Shown one piece after another: positions 1 through 12,600 of a DNA stretch of 64,000 nt (positions are counted from its first letter, which is position 1; the number at the start of each line of letters is the position of its first letter). This stretch comes from Laetmonice hystrix. Its lineage: Eukaryota. The stretch spans positions 38,068,001 to 38,132,000 of the forward strand of contig OZ249436.1 in assembly GCA_965235115.1 (NCBI GenBank), in the 5' to 3' direction. The notes beneath the pieces were generated by a model. The model made no database searches and was not told the DNA's origin. It saw nothing but the letters and a program-made list of their open reading frames with translations. The position numbers and the translations under genes are program-made.

Positions 1-49
1 GGCAGTCTAAATTAGTATTAAAATCATTAACCTTATTTTACATTATCAG

Positions 50-3036
50 CAACACCTGGAAGGTTGGTTGATCACCTAGAAAACACAAAGGGCTTCAACT
101 TAAGGGCACTGAAATATCTGGTGAGTAAAATCCCCATTGAAAATCCCTGTTCGTTATATATAAAGCTTCAATTTTATTGCATTATCTTTGTACAATTAAA
201 TGGAATTTGTTGGTTTTTCCATTCCATCTTACCTACTTGAGCCATTGACTAAAAACATTTTGACTAAAATCCTAACATTTATATGCAGGATGGTGGAAAG
301 TCATTTGAAAATTGAGAAAACCAAACTGTGCACAGAGAACTGTGGTGTATTTTAAGGAAGTATTCTTATATATTTCTCAGGTGATGGATGAAGCTGATCG
401 TATTCTTAACATGGATTTTGAGATAGAAGTTGATAAAATCCTCAAATGCATCCCACGTGAACGCCATACCTATTTGTATTCAGCTACAATGACCAAAAAG
501 GTAATTTTACTGTGAATTTGTTGTGCTACACCAACTGGCCATCAGAATCAAAGTAGCTTGTAATTTAGTAAGATGTTCGCAAAGTTATGATAGGTGCATA
601 CCCTGTAATTCTTCAGTTAAAAGTTAAACGAGAGAACAAATGGAAACAAAAAAGTAAGATTGAAATGCCTTTTTTCTTTTTAGGTGGCCAAACTCCAGCG
701 TGCATCTTTGCGTGATCCCGTCAAGGTGGAAGTTTCAAACAAATATCAAACAGTCGATAAGCTGCAGCAGTACTACATCTTCATTCCAGCAAAGTACAAG
801 GTAAGAAAATAAGACTGGCTACATACAGAGAAACCTTCACAGCTACCTCCCCTGGTACAATATTATGGACTCATTGCTAAATAAGTTATAAAGATTTGCA
901 GTAGAATTTCTGACTAGAGGTCTGTTAGTTTTTACAATTTTATGCATATAAAGAGTCAGGGATGAAAGTTTTCAGGAAATTTTAGAAAAAATCCCCCCCC
1001 CCCCGCAAAAAAAAATAACACCCCAAAAAAGGAAATACCCTGTAGGCCTAGGTCTATAGGTAAAAGAGGTAGGCCTAAGCTAAGGCTAATATTGCCCTGG
1101 GCTGTGTGGTGGGCAGTTTTATTTGTTAATATCAAATGAAAGAATATCCCCTTCCAGGACGTTTTTTAACACCATGCAGCTCAATATATCTACCTGCCAA
1201 AGTTCGTATATGGGAGATATTAGAGTGTGCATGGATCTGTGTATGAAGGAATATTGTGAACATTGACCCCCACCCCCACTGTCCTGATTTCAGGAAATTG
1301 TACAGCTGGCCACTTTCATCCTTGAAGAGTACATATGAAGAACTCAACTTTATACTTGTTTGATGTACATGTATGGTATTATAATTTCAGGATGTGTACT
1401 TGGTGTACATTCTGAATGAGATGGCTGGCAATTCGTTCATGGTATTCTGCAGCACCTGTGCCAACACCCAACGTGTGGCTCTCCTTCTACGGAACCTAGG
1501 ACTGAATGCTATACCACTCCATGGTCAAATGGGACAGGTAGAACACAGGCTGTTTGCTACTCTATGGGTGTGTCAAGGGGCTAATGTTAAATGCAGTAAA
1601 TACTTACCGATGTAATGTGTGGACAGTATATGGGAGTAGGCTCATGTTTTAAAGTCATTTTTCAATTTAATATATACCACTGCTCTTTCCTTCTATTATC
1701 AGGTATATTTTCTTTCATTTCAGTCCAAGCGTCTGGGAACTTTAAACAAATTCAAGAGCAAGTCAAGATCAATCCTGATTGCAACAGATGTAGCAAGCAG
1801 GTTAGAATATTAAGAGTTTGTTATGTACATATGTATTCAATTAGGTACATAACTGATTTGGATTTGGGTTTTATGCCTTTGCAACAGCCGGGGTCATATC
1901 AAGGTGGTCAGCTTCACTGGTGGAGCAAACTAGAGTGTCCCGGGAGGAACCACCTGCTTTGGAACAAAATTTTGTGAGGGTGCTCAGGTATATACCACAT
2001 AATATTTATTTTATGGTTAGAGAAATATGAAATTGTGAAGGTAGCTAAAATAATGTTTTTGTTTTATGCAGAGGCTTAGATATACCACATGTAGATGTGG
2101 TTATAAACCTGGATATCCCAACCCATTCCAAAGACTACATTCATCGAGTCGGCAGAACAGCGAGGGCTGGCAGATCAGGAAAATCTATCACATTTGTTAC
2201 ACAGTATGTATTTGTTTTCTTTTAAACAATATGTCACCTCCTGTTGAAATCTCTTTGGAATTATCAAAAAAGACTGAGTCTCAAGCAAAGGTCTGCATGA
2301 TTTGAGTTCTCCCATAGGAAGGGTGAGGCCCAAAACTCCTTGCATCAGTTTAGTTGCATTGACATTGGAACATTTGAGACAAACGGCACGTTTCAAACTT
2401 GAGACTATTTCATTATTTGGTCCCTGACCCTGAGGAAACAAATTCCTTGTCTGTGAATTTAAGTGTAAATTGTTACCCATACGTTGTTTCAGATACGATG
2501 TTGAGTTGTTTCAAAGGATAGAACACCTGATAGGTAAAAAGTTGCCTCTTTACAACACCGAGGAGGATGAGGTCATGATGTTGGCTGAACGGGTGACGGA
2601 AGCACAACGGTTTGCCAAAATGGTAAACCTGGTTGATATAGCAAATATTTTCCTTGATATGTCAAATTTCTTTTCCTACTTTGATTGTAATTTGTATGAA
2701 GAACAGACACTGATATTACTATCATTATTCTTCATAAAAGGGCATCTTTTTGAAGCTGTCAATCAAGTTTAGGGTTGAAGGTATTTTTGAGGAGTGGAGA
2801 GCCGTGATGTTGGGTTCAAAATTTGCAATCAAAAATGAAGAATTGTTGCTTGAAGTATAGTAAATAATGTGCTTCTTCTTTTCCAGGAATTAAATGAAGA
2901 AATTAAGAAAGGAGGGAAGAGGGGGGCCTCTCGTAATGACGATGAGGAAGATGACACAGAGGAGTCAATGGGAGTAAGAAAGAAGATGAAGAAGAAGACA
3001 GATAAAGGCAAAGGGGGTTTTAAGAAAAGAAAATAA
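50..3036 (+). CDS. DDX47: DEAD-box RNA helicase DDX47/RRP3, 3' part (8 exons; 5' end lies outside the window)
   Basis: GT-AG exons 50-120, 381-500, 684-800, 1391-1537, 1724-1800, 2072-2203, 2493-2622 and 2887-3036 splice in frame. The product runs [37 protein letters not shown] (DEAD), [13 protein letters not shown] (motif VI), [18 protein letters not shown], then a basic tail KKRK-TAA. It closely matches recalled human DDX47. Confidence 0.96.
957..1324. mobile_element. hAT-like MITE (CAGGGATGAAAG termini) in DDX47 intron 3
   Basis: TIR cagggatgaaag ... ctttcatccttg, flanked by a perfect 6-bp direct repeat AAGAGT. It is homologous to both ends of 7341-10870. Confidence 0.75.
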
Positions 3037-4111
3037 AGTGAGAAGTCAAAATCCTGTTTGTATTCATAAAAAAGAATATTCATTTCTGATTTTATAATAT
3101 ATTGTGAGGAGTGTAGAAAATATGGAGAGATGGGGTCTGGCCACACCGGAAATTAGCTCTCCTGAACTCAGTTTCATCATTTTGAGAAGTTTGGTACCTT
3201 TTTGGCATTAATGATAGCCTCTCTAAGTCATTCATAAATTCACGTAATCAATGGGAGGGGCGTGTCTGTTGTAAGTTATATGGTTATATGCAGAAAAACA
3301 GTTGAAGTCCTGGGCAGCCATTACTAGACTTGATATATCGGGAGGGCCAAAAAAAACTGGAACCCTCTTTACTATAGCTTCTACAATTTGCATAGTTTGT
3401 CAATGATATTTGGTGCATGATATCATATGGTTAATTACATTTGTGGTAAACTTTCAGGCATATAGGTCAAAACCTAGTGGCAAAGAATTAAACATCACAT
3501 GTCGAAAAATACAGTACCGCAGAGCCAAGTAGGTTTCACCCACCTTTTTTAGTTGAAAAGGTGATCGATATGACCCCCACTTGGCCGGCCACGTGTTTTT
3601 GCAGGTGGCATTTGATTGACAGATTTTACATCATTCAAACACAGTGGTACCGACCCTGCCTAAGACGTGTAACACCATGTTAATTATCTTGGTCCGGGAT
3701 TGCAGTTTTTGACATGCATTTGTTAAAATGGCACTATCTTTAGATGTTATGATCTATTTATGTGAAATTTATACCACACGGCGCCATTAACCATGTGATA
3801 TCATGTTCAAAATATTATGACATCGTTACAATAATAATTAAAGAAATTATAGAAATTACAGTGAAGAAAAGAGCGTTCCATTTTTTTCTGGCGCACCCGA
3901 TTTACTATGGTCATCCTATATGTGTGATAGTAGAGGAAGGCATAGACTTCAAAAAATTCATGGTTGAGCTACAGTTTTGTACATGTGTATATCAAAGTTT
4001 GTTTCACATGGGACCGACTGATGTTGCATTGATTTAAATAAAATTAATGTGTTTAGCCCTATACGTATTGCGTTCCCTGTATTTTATCTCGTTCCATTTG
4101 AGTCCCCACCT

Positions 4112-6178
4112 GGGTGTGTATAAAACGAAGACCGAAGACCTAAGACCTGTAAAAAACAAAGACCTATAAAACGAAGACCCTACCAGGTAAAAAACAAAGA
4201 CCTATAAAACGAAGACCCTACCAGGTAAAAAACAAAGACCTATAAAACGAAGACCCTACCAGGTAAAAAACAAAGACCCTGGCCAAAAAAACGGAAACGA
4301 ATGCTACTATCGGTTTCATATTTTCTGGTCGTCCTCTCACAACCAAAAGGACCATTTAGGCAGAGTATGGCCATAATCGGTGCAGTGGTTATGACTATTT
4401 GCATTGGTGTTCTATATCAGTGGACAAATATACTGAGAAAACATTACCATAGTAACGCAAAATAGACATGCGATGCTTAATCACAACCAAATTTTACCCA
4501 ACGTTAGAGAGGAGCGTTATATACTACACCTACCAATTGCAGTTCAATCCGATTAGTATGTTCTGAGATATTTGAAATTAAAAAGGTATAAAACGAAGAC
4601 CCTACCAGGTAAAAAACAAAGACCCTGGCCAAAAAAACGGGAACGAATGCTACTATCGGTTTCATATTTTCTGGTCGTCCTCTCACAACCAAAAGGACCA
4701 TTTAGGCAGAGTATGGCCATAATCGGTGCAGTGGTTATGACTATTTGCATTTGTGTTCTATATCAGTGGACAAATATACTGAGAAAACATTACCATAGTA
4801 ACGCAAAATAGACACGCGATGCTTGATCACAACCAAATTTCACCCAACGTTAGAGAGGAGCGTTATATACTACACCTACCAATTGCAGTTCAATCCGATT
4901 AGTATGTTCTGAGATATTTGAAATTAAAAAGGTATAAAACGAAGACCCTACCAGGTAAAAAACAAAGACCCTGGCCAAAAAAACGGGAACGAATGCTACT
5001 ATCGGTTTCATATTTTCTGGTCGTCCTCTCACAACCAAAAGGACCATTTAGGCAGAGTATGGCCATAATCGGTGCAGTGGTTATGACTATTTGCATTGGT
5101 GTTCTATATCAGTGGACAAATATACTGAGAAAACATTACCATAGTAACGCAAAATAGACACGCGATGCTTGATCACAACCAAATTTCACCCAACGTTAGA
5201 GAGGAGCGTTATATACTACACCTACCAATTGCAGTTCAATCCGATTAGTATGTTCTGAGATATTTGAAATTAAAAAGGTATAAAACGAAGACCCTACCAG
5301 GTAAAAAACAAAGACCCTGGCCAAAAAACGGGAACGAATGCTACTATCGGTTTCATTGTTTTTTACCTGGTAGGGTCTTCGTTTTATACCTTTTTAATTT
5401 CAAATATCTCAGAACATACTAATCGGATTGAACTGCAATTGGTAGGTGTAGTATATAACGCTCGTCTCTAACGTTGGGTAAAATTTGGTTGTGATCAAGC
5501 ATCGCATGTCTATTTTGCGTTACTATGGTAATGTTTTCTCAGTATATTTGTCCACTGATATAGAACACCAATGCAAATAGTCATAACCACTGCACCGATT
5601 ATGGCCATACTCTGCCTAAATGATCCTTTTGGTTGTGAGAGGACGACCAGAAAATATGAAACCGATAGTAGCATTCGTTTCCGTTTTTTTGGCCAGGGTC
5701 TTTGTTTTTTACCTGGTAGGGTCTTCGTTTTATACCTTTTTAATTTCAAATATCTCAGAACATACTAATCGGATTGAACTGCAATTGGTAGGTGTAGTAT
5801 ATAACGCTCCTCTCTAACGTTGGGTGAAATTTGGTTGTGATCAAGCATCGCGTGTCTATTTTGCGTTACTATGGTAATGTTTTCTCAGTATATTTGTCCA
5901 CTGATATAGAACACAAATGCAAATAGTCATAACCACTGCACCGATTATGGCCATCCTCTGCCTAAATCGTAAATGGTCCTTTTGGTTGTGAGAGGACGAC
6001 CAGAAAATATGAAACCGATAGTAGCATTCGTTTCCGTTTTTTTGGCCAGGGTCTTTGTTTTTTACCTGGTAGGGTCTTCGTTTTATAGGTCTTTGTTTTT
6101 TACCTGGTAGGGTCTTCGTTTTATAGGTCTTTGTTTTTTACAGGTCTTAGGTCTTCGGTCTTCGTTTTATACACACCC
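4112..6178. mobile_element. Foldback-type (Mutator/MULE-like) non-autonomous palindromic element, 2067 bp
   Basis: Termini gggtgtgtataaaacgaagaccgaagacctaagacc and its reverse complement. 9-bp TSD TCCCCACCT at 4103-4111 and 6179-6187. The arms are built from 38-bp subrepeats and 346-bp tandem units, with the inversion axis at about 5356. Confidence 0.88.
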
Positions 6179-6519
6179 TCCCCACCTTGATTATAGGTCT
6201 GACACAGAAAACTTCACGTATCATACCTTGTCCATTCCTGGTGCTACCAGTACCTGTCTGTAAAATTTAGGAATTATATTGTCCATATGTCAACATAAAA
6301 GGAAATCTTAGGTACCGGTAGTAAAATTGGGCTATCCCTGGCTTCACGTTTCAGTTTCAAAACCCAGAAAAAGGCAAAGAAAGGATATTTCCTAGTATCT
6401 GGAGATAGGAATTATGAAATTTCTCAAAGCATAGGCCTAGCCTTAGCCTAGTAATATTTTTTGTCAATTGGAGTGGGCCAAAACATACTCTGCCCCCCCC
6501 CCCCCCCATGTTACACACA

Positions 6520-6670
6520 ATTATGTAATCTAAAATGGCCACAAGATGGCAGCAGGAGACGAGTGCTTGTTTCAGAAACTTCCACCAGAGGGCAGTATAA
6601 ATGGGCTTCTCAGCCAATCAGACACCGTTTCATCTTTAGTTCGGACTAACATCTGTGCCACAACACCAAC
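6520..6670 (+). promoter_or_regulatory. Probable HID1 proximal promoter: YY1-like, CTCF-like and CCAAT motifs
   Basis: AAAATGGCC and AAGATGGCAG (YY1-type), CCACCAGAGGGCAG at 6582-6595 (CTCF core consensus) and AGCCAATCAG at about 6612-6621, all within 150 bp upstream of the ATG. Confidence 0.55.
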
Positions 6671-9600
6671 ATGGGAAACAGTGACACCAAATTAAATTTT
6701 AGAAAGGCTGTAGTACAGCTCACGACGAAAACCCAGGTACGTAAACACATTAATCATATTCGATGTAGTTTGAAGATCATATTCAGTAAGAAAAATCGCA
6801 ACGATCAGTGATGGGAAAACGCCCACGTCAGGTCTATTCTGAGTGTGTTTGTTTTGGGGACCCGTTCAGGCGTAGGCGTACCGCCGTCCGTAGGCGTAGG
6901 CTGGCCACACTCACAGACTGAGTCTGAGACTGTGAGAGAGAACAGTGCCCCAAAAATAAAATGGGCTTTCAGTTTCTGTTTCATTAGTTTTTTCCCTAGC
7001 TGGGTCATGACTTTCATGGTTTTTATTTGGTAGTCTTTGGGAAAATACTGGGGTTTTTGGACTTAGGACAATATCTTTTCGGGGTCAAAACTTTCTAAAA
7101 ATTTTTCTCCCCTGGGCCGGGGCCAGTTGCATGATTGTCCGTTCGTTAAAATTCTCATTGAAAATACATGGGGAAATTAACGAAGTCATGCAACTGGCCC
7201 CGGGATCAAATTGAGAGTTTTCTAATTCGCACTTGGTTATTTTGCTGGCATTCTGGCAAAATAAGTAAGTTTGACTAAATATACCGACACGAAACAATAT
7301 GTTTGGGTTACTTAATTAGGTTAAGGTTAGGCCTAGGAATCAGGGATGAAAGTTTTCAGGAAATTTCCTGAAATCAGGAAATTTGAAAAAATCCCCCCCC
7401 CCCCCCCAAGAAATAACACCCAAAAAAGGAAATAGGCCTAGATCTATAGGCAAAAGAGGTAGGCCTAAGCCAAGGCTAAGTATTGCCCTGGACTGTGTGG
7501 TGGGCAATTAATATCAAATGAAACAATATCCCCTTCCAGGACGTTTTTTAACACCATGCAGCTCAATATATCTCTACCTGCCAAAGTTCGTTTATAGATG
7601 GGGATATTAGAGTGTCTCAAACCCGTCCAGTGTCACGGGTGCCACCGTGCATAGGCCGGTCTGCCGGGGGTGCTGGTCCCTGTAGCTGTGGTGACATCGC
7701 TCACATAGACCGGCCCACGTGGGCTGACTTCTACCGGCACGCGGTGGCGTCTGTCCCGTCTGGCAGGCACGGCCCCTGTGGTGAGAGCGACTCACCTCAG
7801 GTAATGACTTCAGGCAAAATTGATGGTCAGGCAGCTGCGAAGCCCGTTGATTCAGGCTTGCCATTATGCCATATCCATGCGCGAGTTTTGCCTGAGCGCT
7901 CACTTAGTGATAGCAACGAGACTATAGACAGACCGGTCTGTCTAGTCCCGGTGATAGTGATTAGGCTGACGAACTACGCACCATCACGGGGGTTGGTCAA
8001 AGCGTCCGACGATAAAAGCGTCCGAGTCAATGTGTCCGCCGCTTGAGTCAATGTGTCCGCAGTTTGAGTCAAAGTGTCCGGCGATAGGAGTCAAAGTGTC
8101 CGCGGGTCCAAAGCCAAAAAGGCCGTGGGCCCGGGGTTCAGGCCCAGTCAGGCCCGGGCGGGCAGCACGAACCCTGGCTCACCTGCCGGACCTAGGCCTA
8201 AGCGCAGCCAGTTTTTATAGTCGGATTTATTCATTTATGATTATGTATGGTAATCTGCTCTTACACTTTGACCAACGTCTCGGACACTTTGACTAATGAC
8301 CTCGGACACTTTGACTAACGACCACGGACACTTTGACTAACGACCTCGGACACTTTGACTTTTCACATCGGGCACTTTGACTAGCCCCCGGACACATTGA
8401 CTCGTCGGACACTTTGGCGATCGGACGCATTGACTATACTTCACCATCACAATGTCACTCCTCACAGGAAACTGGGTCAATTTAGTTCTATGAATCTGCC
8501 TAGTATATATGTCAGTAAGTTCTCATAATGTGTTCTTGCATATAAATTTGAGGATAGTGGCATTACGTAAGTGGTTTTCACTGAAGTTTTGGGGTTGTCA
8601 GGACCTTTCATTACATTTGTCGATCAGTGCAGGTGTCCTGATAAGACCGGAAGTGACAATTTTCACAACAACATGAGTGGCACATGGACACACGGGCTGA
8701 ACCACTGGACTCAGCGAAGCCTGTGTTGCTTGGCTGAGAGCCGCTGAGGGTCGTGACTGCTGAGGGTCAAGACTGATGGACAGCCTGTGTGGTCAGTCTA
8801 ACACATGGAAGCTGTTTGACAACGTAATCGGTTGCATTTTGGACGCTAAAAGCCGACTGGATTCCAATGTTGGAGAGAGACGGCAGAGCCAGGCAGAGGT
8901 TGACACTGACTGTGACTGAGTGACAGGCAAGCAACAGCCTTGAACAGGGGCATGGACTGATGAGTGATGGAGTCTATCCAGCAAATTTGCAGGGGTGGGG
9001 GGTTGAGGGGGTGGGATGGGGGGGGGGTGGCGACTAAATACTGAGGGCTAGGCCCTATAATATCGGGTGGATAAAAAAAAACGCCCCGAACTTTAAACTT
9101 TAATATCTCAAAAAGTATGCATTATAATTCAGTAAAATTTCTCTTAGTATCACTTCATGATATTATCTCTAGTATGTTAAAGTCTCAGGTCAATAGCTTT
9201 GATATTAATTCCGTGGCGATAAAAACAAAAATCAGTGTCTAAAAACGCAATGCCGGAATTAGGTCAAATATCATGCAGCTGCCAGGTGTTCAATTTGACA
9301 ACTGTTTGATGCACCGCATTGTACCTTGGGTAAAAAAATTTAATATTTAGTTTTTGCATGTTTTACAATATGTATAATGTTGTGGACCACTAGATATAAT
9401 AAAATAATTATGTGCTATTCCTAGTACTTTTAGAGAAAACAGATGTTTAATGTGCCAAACCCTACAGAGAAACAGTCTCGATCATCCAGACCCTCAGCGG
9501 CCGGAGCAGAGGGTCTGGAAAAGTTCCTATCTGAGAGTTGTTCGTTTCGTTGAGCCCGTAAGCGGCCCGTTTACTCGGTTCTAGTTTCCGGTTTGCTCGC

Positions 9601-12600
9601 AGCTGATTGGTCCATACCGAAAATCTACCAAGAGCCGGAGCATTTGGGGGGGGGGGGTCGCATGCAGCATGCATGCAGCGACCGAGCGTGGGAATATCAA
9701 GCCGGACGGGGCGTGAGCAGGTGATCCCGTCGGGCCTGCCGGCGTGTTCACGCGTCCCACAGAACCTAGCCATTCACTCGTTTTTTAACAATTTTACACC
9801 GGTCTGAGCGCATGAGGTTTTAAAAAAAATATATGCTCCTAACATAGGCATATATAGAATCTAGTCCTAAGCCTTAGTTTGTGGGTGGTACGTTTGATAA
9901 CGATTCCTAGCACAGTGGGATATACCGGTATATGAAAAATTACGAGTTGACTGTCGGCAGTCCGACACTGACAGCGACTCGCGCCCGGGTGCCTGGTCTG
10001 CCGTGTTTCAATGACTGACGCTGGACATTAAATAACATATTGACATCTCACGACACTGTTTATTCTTAGTTATAATATTAGAACAATCTTATTCGGGAAA
10101 ACTGACCAAAACAAACACCGCTCTGAGGTCGCTTACGACATGGAGCACGGGGCGCCACCTTATGACGAACAAACGCCAGACACAAACTTTCCCAGACTCT
10201 CGTACAGCGAGAGAGAGTCGGGTGACCGAGACTGACAGAGAAACTGCAACATTAGGACGATATGACTGTAACCAGAAGTTCAAGGGAAATCGTATCATTA
10301 TCACGTTTAGCAACACGTTCAGAACGTTGCGTATTTCCCAATGTTGGGAAGATATTTCCCTATCAGAGATCGGGAAGTGCACTGGCTCATGGAAAAAGAG
10401 ACTGAGAGCAGTATGAAGTGAAAACAGGGGACCGATTGACCACCTACTCTAGTGTGAGGCCAGGGACTCTGGGTGCGACTACCACTCGCTTTAGGCCGGC
10501 ATTGCGCTTTTGTACTATGATTTTTGTTTTTAGCCCCACGGAAAGATTATCCAAGCTATTGAGTTGTAACGCAAACAACTAAGAGACAACATCATGAAGT
10601 GATACTACGAAAAATTTCATTGAATTACAATCATTACTTTTTGAGATATTGAAGTTTAAAGTTCGGGGCGTTTTTTTTTATCCACCCGATATATAGCTAG
10701 GAGGCTTTATCGGATCATGATTGTCTGCTGTTCCTAGCCTGACTTTTTTTAAGGGGGGGGGTAAGCCTTGGATGTGCGCATGAACAAATATTAATTATGG
10801 ACATTGGCCCCCGCCGCTCCCCCCCGGTCAGAATTTCAGGAAATTTTACAGCTGGCCACTTTCATCCCTGGAATACACCCAGCTTATTGAAACACCCCCT
10901 GGTGCTGGTTGGTGTAGGTCAGCCAATTATAATCCAGTTTAAAAATTTAAATGATCCTAGATCTGCCTAGGCCTATCCTGCTCTCTACCAGCCGAGGCCC
11001 CCTACAAGCCCAAGCCGAACCGACCAGCCGAGGTCCCCTACAAGCCAGCACCTGAAATGGCCCGGGGCAGTTTGAGTGAGCGTGAACGGCAACTCGCTCA
11101 CCCCGGACAGGCTTGGGGGCCACCCCAAGGAGGCGTTTCACTAACGTTGATTTTTGCCAACACCATCGCCTGGAATCCTGGAAACTCATGGAATTTGATA
11201 ATCCATTTTCCAGGCTTGGAAAGTCATGGAATTTTGCATAATTCAGTCTAGTCCCAGTTTGCCTAATTTTGTCTTTTATTTAAGAAATTTATTATTTTAC
11301 GTACTATTTATAAACTGTACAGTCTAATTTGCTATTTGCCACTGCCACAGACTGAGTGAGAAGAGTTATGAATAGATGGTTGAATTATTTTTTTCTATTG
11401 CAGCCAGTAGAAGCAGGAGATGAAGCGTTCTGGGCACAGTTTTGGTCTGACAGCGTTACGTGTGTTCAGGATGTGTTCACATTAATCCCAGCAGCAGAGA
11501 TACGGGCATTACGGGAAGAGTCGCCTTCAAATTTAGCTACACTATGTTACAAAGCCGTGGAAAAGTTAGTGCAGGCTTCTGAAAGTGGATGTCGCACAGC
11601 AAGAGAACAGCAGACAGGTGAGATAATTTGGTAGAGATCTCTACCAATCTCTATCTCTAACATGTGTTTCTGATCAGTTAAATTAATCTCAGGTTTGCGA
11701 TTGTTAATGTTCAGAAGGATATCACAGGGTTCACGCTACCCATTGCCAATGGCGACTGATGACCCAATCTGGTGAGTTCAACACTTGTTTTGGCCGAACG
11801 TTTGGCGAACTAGGCTATGCCCTAGACCCAAAAATCTTGTCTGGCTGGGCCACAACCTGGTCTACTCTGCCTGGCCCTAGGCACTAGGCAGAATAGGGCC
11901 AAAGAACTTACATTGTGCCTAAGCTTACTGCCACTCACAGTGATTGAAAACCTATGAAAGCCAGGAAACGAGCCTAGCTCTGCCCACTCCTTCCCCACCT
12001 GCACGTTATAATATCAATTGGCAATGAGTGACTGGATTTGGGGAATTAACGGCACAGGTGGGGAAAATACTAAAAGATGGCCTAGCTCTAACCCTCATCA
12101 CCTCATCAGTTTTACCAGAGAAATAATGAATGTTTACACTTTGTGCTTGCAGTGTTAAATTGTATCCGTTTGCTGACCCGCATCCTGCCGTATATATTTG
12201 AGGACCCTGATTGGCGTGGGTTCTTCTGGTCCACCCTACCTGGCCAGTCACAAGATGCAGTCACTGAGGTATGTACACCACGGGTCTAAACATGGCACAC
12301 ATTCTGAGAATCCAGTGGCCTTCCTACTGCAGTAATCATCCTTTTATTGAAATACTGTATTCCACTTAAAGCCAATGCTACAGGGGATAACCCGGGTCAA
12401 AGGTAGTCCTTCATGTTATCCCAGAGCTATGGGGCCAGAGATGATAGAAATCAGATTCTGGGGCCAGAGTAGGAATCTTGAGAAGACTTGGTAGAAAACA
12501 TCAATGTCATGTCATTGAACTGACCTTTTATGTCCTGCTGATATTGTTTGGCAGCTACCTGACATGATACATCTTCTACTTTCACTTTTCAGGATGAAAG

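Larger units (their letters stand above)
7341..10870. mobile_element. Long hAT-like element (same family as 957-1324) carrying two nested insertions, in HID1 intron 1
   Basis: Starts cagggatgaaag and ends ctttcatccctg. The first ~275 bp and last ~100 bp align with the 957-1324 copy. Flanked by a 4-bp direct repeat GAAT. Confidence 0.72.

Noticed and set aside
1801-2492. Possible H/ACA snoRNAs in DDX47 introns 5-6
   Set aside because: Some hairpins and ACA triplets are present, but I could not assemble a convincing H-box/two-hairpin layout by eye. An Infernal or snoReport run is needed.
4504-5817. Repeated 65-79-aa ORFs on both strands (MKLKRYKTK..., MQIVITTAP..., MVLLVVRG...)
   Set aside because: They are by-products of the 346-bp tandem/inverted units of the foldback element, with no recognisable domain.
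4112-6178. CRISPR-like appearance of the regular repeats
   Set aside because: The units are wholly repeated with no unique spacers, there are no cas genes, and the context is eukaryotic.
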